From NCBI GenBank assembly GCA_044892525.1, contig CM097885.1, forward strand, positions 46,810,001 to 46,873,726: a DNA stretch of 63,726 bases, read 5' to 3'. The position numbers were made by a program, and so were the translations under genes. Below are positions 52,501 to 62,700 of the stretch, in pieces (positions within the stretch are counted from its first letter, which is position 1; every line of letters begins with the position of its first letter). A model generated the notes under the pieces. It was not told the origin of the DNA. It made no database searches and saw nothing but the letters and a program-made list of their open reading frames with translations. Source of the DNA: Schmidtea polychroa. Taxonomy: Eukaryota.

Positions 52501-53690
52501 TATTTCCTTCTTCCAAGATTAAAAGATATATCTCCCTCGTGCTATCACTATCAGAAATATAAATTGGAATAATATCTTTCCTTCCATGTCCCCATCCTTT
52601 AACATGTTCATAAATATTAAGTTTAAGATTATTTAGTTTTTCAAATTCTGGAATGTCTTCTAGTTTCATTGGGTGTGTGAATCCCTTGGGAAATATTAAT
52701 TCATTTTCATATTGTTTGTATTTTGAAACTCTTTGAGGGTTTTCAGCTTGAGGATGTAAATATGCAAGTATTGACCACATGAAACATTTGTTATCCTTAT
52801 TCTGTACATTTATAACAACCCTAGATCTAAAGGGTGTTTGAATATAAGATTTAGGATTAGGTGGTAATCCTCTCCAATAATCAATCACTAAAGTTTGGAA
52901 AGAGTTGAATACTAAGTTTGAATCTCCTAATTCATTTTCAACCTCTTCTTGTTTTGCTTCTACTGCTTGAATTATTTCTTTGATGCTTTTATTAAATCCT
53001 CTAGTTGAAAATAAATATTTAAAAGGTATTCCAATTTCAACATCTAAAGGAGTTGTCTTTTCTTCTGGTCCTCTCCAATATTTTGCTTTGATTGTAATTT
53101 TATATTTTATAACATTATACCTTGTTGGTTTATAATTTTTTAAAGCTTCAGTGAAAGAATTTTTAATATTTTTTTTATTTCTCTTTATATATTCTCCAGG
53201 AGTAGCAGGTCCACTGATTTCTGATTGAAATCCATCTATGTGATTAAATTTATCCCAGTTATATTTTTCTTTTTCAACATGATCAGGTTCTCCTTCTGAA
53301 TGACATTCTTCAACGTCAGAATTTTGTTTTTTATTTTTACATTCTTTTAAATGTCTTAAATAATAGAAATTTAGTTTTGTTGAAAAGTTACAATGAGGAC
53401 ATGTAAATATTTCTCTATTTTTCCCGATACAATTTTCAAAATGTTTATTATATCCAGAATGTAGAAATCTTCCTTTACATTTAGTACAAACTTTTGAATT
53501 TGTGTCATTAAGATTATTTTCTTTTAGTAAGTGAGCTTTCGATTTATAGTGAGAAATTAATCCTGTTTTATTTTTAAAAACTTTATTGCAAATATTACAA
53601 TTCATTTTTAGAAAAAATTTTTTTACTGGATACGTTGTTTTTAAATTTTTATATATTTATTTTTATTTTTATTTTTTTTTATTTTTATTT

Positions 53691-53722
<32 letters not shown>

Positions 53723-56700
53723 TTTTTTATATTTATATTCTAGCAGCTTGCCAAGCTATCGACCTGCCAAGCTGTCGACTTACCAAGCTGTCGACTTGCC
53801 AAGACCGCAGCGATTGCATCATCGACTTGACAAACTATCGACTTGATAAACTGGCGACTTGATAAACTGGCGACTTGATAAACTGGCGACTTGATAAACT
53901 GGCGACCTGCAAGTAGTGTGTATCTATCCCTAACGACCGCAAGCCGACAAACGTTTTTCATAGTTTTATCAGTATTTTTTTCCCTGTTTTATTAACATTT
54001 TGTGTTGTTTTTTTAATATTTTTGTTGTTTTTTAAGTTTTTATTTTGAAAGCAAAATGTCTTCGGAATAAAGAAATTAAAAGATATAGGTTTTTAAGGTT
54101 TTAAGTGTTTTTTTTTTACGTTTATGAGGGAAAAATAGGTATAAAACGGGAAAAAAATAGGTATAAAACATGAAAACAGTTGGGAGGCTTGTGGTCGTTA
54201 GGGATAGATACACACTACTATAAGAACTTTTTTTCCAATTTCACCACTGTTTTTCCATTGAATTTATTAAAAAAGCTTGAAGACTATAAATCAGTAATAT
54301 ATCGATGTTTTTGATATATTTACGGATTTATAGTCTTCAAGCTTTTTTTAATAAAATAATAATTAATTTAAACCAATTTTCTATGAATTTATAAAATCTG
54401 ATATTTTATTATTATTACTTATTACTTTTGTTTATCTTTATATTTTTACATTTTTCAGAATGTTTAATCATAACAAATATACCCAATGTTGAATGAAAAA
54501 TTTTGATTAAATTTCAAATAAATAGAAAATTATCTATTAAATCGTAGATAAAGAAACCAAAATTTTGTGAAAGAAATTTGAAAATAATTTTTAATAGTTT
54601 TGTTGAAAAACAGGAACTTAACCAAATTCTTTCTTGATAAACCGTAATTTTGTATTGAACTTCATTTAATCCTTTCGGTAAGTTGCAAACATGCTATTTA
54701 TGACCAAACTATAAATCAAAATTCATTAATTGTTATCGAAGTACGTTCAACTGCAACTACATATTATATATCAATTAACCGCGATGAGCTTTTTTTGAGG
54801 ACATTTACAAAGGGTTAAAATAAAAATACAAAAAATAACAATGTAATTCAAAAATTGATGGAAATTTTGTATTTATCTCGCCCTTATTTAGCCATCTCCT
54901 GATTTTTGCTACGGCTATGTTAATTTCCGTCAAGTCAAAGATAAGTCGATCCGACGAGGATATTTTCAAAAAGTAAATTTCACTACATTTTTTAATTTTA
55001 AATGTCTAATTTTTTTAGTCCGTAGTTGTTTTAAGCCCATTGCCTTTTATTAATTTATTTTATAAAGTATCGGAGTTAGTAGCGCTAGCATATTTTGACG
55101 ACGGAGAAATCGGCCTGGAAGTTGGTATGAAATATGATGAATAATTATTGAAATGAATCTGAACTATAGTTTGTCACAATATTGATAAATGGGGACCGCC
55201 AATGGCCGGACAGTTGATCAATCTTCCTTTGAGAGGAGTTGTTCTACAAACGCAAATTCCCATTAAAACTGACTATGTAAAATGTGAACCAAATGGAAAG
55301 GTGCGAATTTCGAAATCTATTATTCAGGACATAGAAGACAATGTTAATTCTCAACTTTATTTATCGATTTGTATTTAGTTGTAAAAATTTTGCAGGAGGA
55401 TCAGAAATTATTAATAGATAATTCATCAATTTGTATAATTCCATCTGTACATAATCAAGACTGTTTTACCGCTTTTGGAGCTGTAGTTAGCCAATTGCAA
55501 TTACTCTGGGAGCTCGTCTTAACCAATCAAGTAAATATTTCTGCATTTATTCCGTTACAGTAAATAAATTACTTATTAACTGTCATACTATTGAATTGAT
55601 TATTATACAGTCAATAATATTCTATTAATATTATTGACAGCTGGCATTTGAATATTTCACTCAATATTTCTATTTTTGAAGTAGAATTTATAATTTCTAT
55701 ATTGCTTGAAATTCAAATGTAATTTCTAACTTGTTTTTTGTCTGAATTCTAATGGAATTTTACCTTTGAAATAATATGATTTATCTTTATCAAATTGGAT
55801 TTAATCTATTACCATATTTGATCCCATAACAAATGGAGAAATATTACATTAATTGAAAAGGTCTGTAATGTCATCTATCAAAATGTAACTGCAATAAACA
55901 TGATAGTTGATTGATTCATCTGATTGTTTTTGACGTAACATAAGTGTATCATAGAAATTATTTCAATGATAATTGTCCAATTATATAATACACAATGCAA
56001 TTTATACCATTTTAATTATTGAATTTTTTTCATGAATTCATATATAAGTTTAGTGCAGAATTCTATAACTTGAAAGTTATTTGATTATATTACATTTTGA
56101 TAATGTTGCTTTTTATTATTGTTAACACTTGGGATGGGAAAAAATGGACATTATAGTAAAATGAAAGAAAATTCATAAACCAGTTCGAAATGATATGTTT
56201 TATTCAAAGCACGCTTGTATTAGTGAACTTCAAGTTGATGCTCTTCCATCATCTTCACTGGTCTTTCAGCGACAATATTGGATCTGGGAATATCCAGAAC
56301 AGGCGGCTTCTTAACCCATTGGGTTTCGAATCATTTTATCGCATTATGACATTCAAATGTTAAAATAGCAGATGTTTTATTAAATAATTAGGTAAAAACT
56401 CACTCAGTGGAAATAATACTCCAAAAATTTCTTAACTGAGCATCATATGAAAGCAGAAAGAAATAGGCTATTAGAGTAAATTTTGCGTGGGAGTTCCATC
56501 TGTTATTTAGCAAAGGAACCTTCACCATTTCTAATCGGAAACTTACCTGACTTCTGATGGAATTTATACGCTTCAAACACTCCAAAGGGAAATCGAACAA
56601 TGGAACGCGACAAGGTCGTTTTTTTATTAACATCATCAGATCCTGTGCATATTACAATATACAATATTTTCTTTCCTTTTTTGAAGCAGTTTTCAATCTA

Positions 56701-59700
56701 TTTTACTAAATGCATCGATTCCTTTTGTAAATTGAAATGTATATAAAAATAAAGTCCTAAAAATACAATTTTCCCCCATAATCCTTTTAGGTCCTGAATA
56801 AAATTTTTTTATTAATAGAAAATAAAAATTCAGGTTAATAAGTGCAATTGAAAATGAAAAAAGCAAAAACAAAAACAAATTTTGAATGGAAATTCCTTAT
56901 CTTAAGAGTTTACAAGATATAATAAATAAATAACTAGAACAGTTGGGGAAATAAAAAGGCGAGAAAACGAAATAAAATGATATTTCTTGACAGATGTAAG
57001 AGATAATGCGGGAATTAGGAATGTCCTGAGGAATATGCTGGAAAACAAGATAATTATCTACAAGTGATAGGAAATTACAAGGTATAAAAGAAAGACACTA
57101 ATTGTAAAAGACAGAAGAAAAATTATTGGAAAGGCAGAGTTAGAATATTGAGAATCCGAAGAGAGAAGAGGTGAAATTGAAACCGTATTTAATAAAGGCT
57201 AAAACAAAACAGCCAAAGTGGAAACAGAAAACGGAATATGATTGTTAAATCAATAAGCCAGTGATAATCGAACTAACAACCAGAAATTGTTAAAGTCCTA
57301 AGTCAAGGCAAGAAAGCAACCGGATCATTTTTGCGAGGTGTCAGGTACTAACAGCAGTTAAGTTCCCAAAGTGCTATTATTCCTAACAAACACCTCAATA
57401 TGTTTGAGTTGCATTGAGTAACAGATGACATTGTAATCGTTATAACCATTTGTGGAATTCAATAAAGTTATATTGTTCCGGATTCGTTATTATCATTGAA
57501 TAAAACAGGCTCGGAGTCAGATAGTAGTTATTGACTTGATAAAATATTGAATCTTTCTCTAAATATAACTTAATTATAATCATAAATTGGTAAAATTAAA
57601 ATAATTCATTAATACTTCATTTGGAGGTTAAATGAGAATCTCTTTTTTAAAATTATTATCGGTAACTGTGTAACTAGTATTTAAATTCTTATTCACAATT
57701 TTTTAATAAATTTTTTAAAATTTATTAAAAGATGTACACAATAGATTGTCTGTGTTTGTCATTAATATCGGTTCAAAATTTACCTTAGGCATAACAAGCT
57801 TAAAACGTTATTGATTTCAGATCTCGAATTCACATTTTAACCTTTTCAGGACAAAAGCCTTTATACTTCATGAATCAAATAAACAGTTCACGTGGTTCAA
57901 TATTTTACTCACTTTATTCAACATTTTCAATGACCTTGAATAACAATATTTTTCATAACCAAAACTGTAATAAAATTAAATTACAAAAATCTACGCGTAA
58001 TCCACAGAACAAACAATTACAAATAGTGCTTGACCTGCTAAAGAATACGTTTCGTTTAAAATAATGAATCATTAAATTTATGATTTCTCTTCTGACAACC
58101 TTGTTGACCATGTCCTATTGAATGTGAATTTCTATTTCAATAATTGCATCACTTTTTTCAGAAGATACTACTATAACATCTCGATTATACAGTAAAATGA
58201 TTTAATATTATACCATTAAAAATAAACATTGTCGCACTTAAATGTTTGTTTTAGTCAATACTCGTTGTATCAAATAGTCCAATATTCACATCTCTGGTAG
58301 TTCAGTCACTTGTCAGCAGTATTTCACCACTTCAATTCGCTCAAGAATTTAGACCATTTTTCACTATTCATGACACAGAATTCAAGGAATTTACCACTGA
58401 AACTCAAACACCGTATTATTGAATTTAAATACAAATCTAAATTATATACTAATTCAGGCCTCAGGTCATTCTCGGAATCACTAATCCATTTTTTGTCAAA
58501 GCTTTGGCCCATTGGCCTAATATTCTCAAAGTTACTGATACAAAATTAGGTCAGTTATTTGTAAAAATAATCATTGATTTTTCTATTTTTTTCATTTTAG
58601 AATCTCTGAAGAATAGAAAATTGAAAAGTCCCCGATATTTATTCAAGCAAGAAGAAATTAAACCCGGTTTATATTCCAATTATAAATCGTTTCTACAAAT
58701 CGACAAATCTTTGATTAAATCTTTACAAAAGGTAACTATTTTTTATTGATTTTTTATAAATTATGTGAAATGCATAAAACACATATCTATGGAGGCATTT
58801 GGGGTATCAATTTTGGGCATATAAAATTGAAAAAATGAATATACATTTGAAGATACAAAATAATATTGACCTGACACAAAAACCAGTTAATAAAAAATGC
58901 CTACAATTCAAGTTATTCAAGTTATTTCAATTTGAAATTGTTAATTATTATTAACTTGATTAATTTGATATTTTAATTTTGAAAATTGATTATTATTAGT
59001 AGTTTATATTGATTTTCGTCCTCGGAATTCAATTGATTATTTGAAATTATATATGTAGAAATCTAATTCTACTAATTTCTTCGATCTTTAATCTATCTAT
59101 TTATTAATTTAAAAAAATANNNNNNNNNNNNNNNNNNNNNNNNNNNNNNNNNNNNNNNNNNNNNNNNNNNNNNNNNNNNNNNNNNNNNNNNNNNNNNNNN
59201 NNNNNNNNNNNNNNNNNNNNNNNNNNNNNNNNNNNNNNNNNNNNNNNNNNNNNNNNNNNNNNNNNNATTGCAAGTCCCATCAGAACTATGCAGGAGACGC
59301 AAAGATTTTTCTTCGCGCCAGGTAAGTATGCAACAGTGTTGATTCAACTTTATTCCATACTTTCCCTGGTACGCTGACTATCACATTGCTTGATTTGTAG
59401 CTTGGTCACATATAATCTGTAAACTTGCAAACATGATGTATAAAAAATTGTATTCACCTCTAGGGACTAAAAAATTAGTCGATATACAGAAACTGTTTGC
59501 AAGGCATCCGATTAACTTTAGCATTTAATTTATAAATTTAGAAAATCAACATCCTTTGTTGCTCATTCCTTGAATTTATTATTAATAAAACATTTAATTT
59601 ATTCATTAACATGAAACCAAAAGATATGTCTAACGGTCTAAGTTTGATTTTAAAAAAATGAAGGAAACAACCACATCTACTTATCTACAAACAAAGCCAT

Positions 59701-62700
59701 CTAATGACAAAATCAACATTAATTATCAAACATCTATCAATAATGAAAACCAAGAGGAAGGTCAAGTTAAGAAAGAAGAAAAAGATGTGGAGTATGGAAA
59801 TATTTTACGGTTACAGGTAGAAACACTGCAAATTGTAATCAATGCCAAGAAGATTTTCCAATTAACAATCAAACAAGTATTGTATCGGAAGCAACAAAGG
59901 TTATGTCTAAAGAAAAATTTGGTATTGCTTCTTCAATTTGGCCTATAATATATCAACTCGACAATTTTAATGTAAAGCAAAAGGAAATGTAAATAGTAAT
60001 AATGTATCTGATGAAAAATTTAAAAGTATGGAGGATGAAATGAGGATTTTAAAAGAGATGAAAGTTCTTTTATTTTATTATGAAAAAAATCTTTGACCCA
60101 CGATTTAAAAACTTGAAATTTGTGAAAAAGTTAAAAACAGAAATTAAAGGTAAAAGAAAACTCGAAATTAAAGAACCCAAAAAAAGAAAGGAAATTAATC
60201 CAATAAAAAGCATTATAAAAAGTACAAACTTCTCTATGGGAAACCTTTAATAGTGATGAAAGTTATTACAAGAAAAGTGACATGAATGGATATGATATGT
60301 CACATCAATTGGAAATAATGGAAAAGTAATCATAAAAATTGACCTATTCTTGCAAATCATCGGAGAGAAGGTTTTCGTCTTCCGGGTATATAATTAGTGA
60401 CTTGATGGATAGACTGAAATGCTGATTTTCTTATATAACATAATGCAAGAAACAAGAAGAAATAAAACTTTAATTGGATTTATTTTTTCATTTTCAATAT
60501 GGATTTATTGTTTAGAAGATATTTATTGATCCCTTTCATAACAGCAAGATGGGTCATTTATTATTAATAAAGTTGTTAACAGTAAATTTTCCTTAACTGT
60601 GTGATATGTTCTCATTTACTATTTCATTTATTTTCGTGTAGTTTTCAATTATGAATTCATGTTTTATGTTTAACTCAAATTTAGGCAAAACACTTGAAAA
60701 ATGAAAAAAATAAAAATAAATGAAAAAATACATGAAATGAGCTTGCAATATAAAATTTGATAAAAATGTGGGTTGAGTCAACTCGACTACGACTTATATA
60801 ATTAGCATACGCCATGGCATCATATAGTCTTAATAATAACATGAAATTTCTGATATACTGCTCTAAAAACTAAAAAGACTAACTCTCAAAATATGAAATT
60901 GTTAAAAGCAAAAGAAGAAATATTTTTAATTCAACAAAATATTAATTTCTTTATTTTTTCTATTTGTACCATGTTACCGGGCAGATAGTGTTTTTTTGCT
61001 TCTAGATATAATAAAATATATTGTCAAAACCAGGAAAAATCGAGTTAGTGACTTATTTGTTAGAATGTAAATATAATGGTACAGCATAATATATTATTAC
61101 AAAATCACAGCGAATATCAATTGTTTATTAATTATCACTTGAATTACCATCTTCATCTGTCTTAACTGAGGACGAAAATAAAAAATTCAAATATTACTCA
61201 AGCCCCAAATCCACATTCCAATGGATACGATTGAATATTGGACTAAATGGGTAAACGGTAGATAGGGTTGCAAGATGTCAAATTGTTTCAAACTTTCATT
61301 CATATCATGTAATAGATGCAAATATATAAATTGCTTCACAAAAAAATACAAATTAAAATTTTGATTTATTTGATAAATTAACATGTCTCTATATTTTTCT
61401 TATTTTTCTAATCAAATAATTAATTTAGTTACATTTATATGGTTGAAATACTTAAAATAAAAATTACTTTATAGTTTCTCTTTTTATTACTACATAGTGT
61501 ATCCAGTGATGATATAAATAAAAATGAGACATATTCAAACCAGATATTCATAATAAATTTCTTTATTTTCCTATTATTTAGTTTGATATTGCATTTTCAA
61601 ATAAATTTTTTATAAAATAGTAAAACCCAATCAGTGTAAGTTACATACTACTTAAAGTCTGGACTATTCATATTTTAAAGGCAAAATATTTAAAGATTAA
61701 ATAGGATTTATATTTTGAGTCTTTCGAGTCATATTTACATAATATGCAACTATTTTAGTTATCCTACTTAGTATTGATAATATCCTATACCAGGGGAGGC
61801 CAATCTGTGGCTCGTGAGCCGCATGCGACTCTTTGAAGGTTTATTTGAGGCTCCTGAAAAATGTACTTGATTCACCAATTATTTATCAAATTTTAAAAAA
61901 TTATCAAAAGAAATAAAATAAATGAGTTTAATAATGTTTAAAGATGTACTTGATTCACCAATTATTTATCAAATTTTAAAAAATTATCAAAAGAAATAAA
62001 ATAAATGAGTTTAATATTCAAATATTTTAATCCAATACACATGTTTTGTACTATTATTTATATGTTTTCTAAAAATGTAATTCTTTTAAAAAAAATTTTT
62101 ATTATTTTTTTTGCATATTTTTTGAATACGTATTTTTTTGCTGCTCGCGAAACATTTTGAATTTCGAAAAATGACTCGAGTTATCGAGGAGATTGGCCAC
62201 CACTGTCATATACTAACATTTGTAACCTTGTTGTTAATTAATTATAAATAACGTCAATAATGATTTAATAATTTTTCTATCTATAGTTATTATTACATTT
62301 GCACTACTGTGAATTACTTTCTGATTTTTCAAATTAATATACAAATATTTTTCAGTTTTGGATTTTTTCTAATGAAAAAAATTTAAAACGGTTGTTTATT
62401 GTCTATTCTTGATATTTTTTACAATTAATCTTTTAATCGCGATAACAATTTAAATAATTCAACTGCTATTAGTAAATTTTATAGATTTGTTTAGATATTT
62501 ATTATTTTGTATGCATTTATATCAGTGCATGCTGTTCGGAAATTATAGCCATTTCGAACATATTAGAAAATTGAATTTTCTGATTTAGGGTGTCAAAATC
62601 GAACGACCTGAATCAATTCAATCGGAAATTATCCGAAAATTTTTTCTTGAACTAACTCAGAGTTTTATTTTTCCTTTGGTAAAATTTTTAATTAACAGTC

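Larger units (their letters stand above)
40195..54219. mobile_element. Endogenous Polinton/Maverick-class virus (adintovirus-like), 14,025 bp, both ends intact
   Basis: Starts AGTAGT and ends ACTACT, with perfect 6-bp TSD ATAAGA (40189-40194, 54220-54225). TIRs of about 285 and 308 bp. Encodes pPolB, rve integrase, ATPase, adenain, and major and minor capsid proteins. Confidence 0.97.

Noticed and set aside
41428-53612. TAAA(A)ATG at nearly all viral start codons, resembling a poxvirus late promoter
   Set aside because: The host genes DNAJC5 (TTAAAATG) and DENND6 (TATAAAATG) have the same context, so this is the host A-rich Kozak sequence.
53750-53907. CRISPR-like appearance of the repeat array
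   Set aside because: Head-to-tail repeats without unique spacers, no cas genes, eukaryotic context.
53586-53961. Short ORFs over the low-complexity tract and 16-bp repeats
   Set aside because: Their F/I/Y-rich and repetitive translations derive from the repeats. No coding signature.
56995-57300. Solo LTR (TG start, TATAAAAG, purine-rich)
   Set aside because: No second copy, CA end or TSD could be established.
12164-59347. ORF-track entries containing long X runs
   Set aside because: Artefacts of reading through N gaps (12253-12433, 27622-27865, 31378-31521, 59120-59266).
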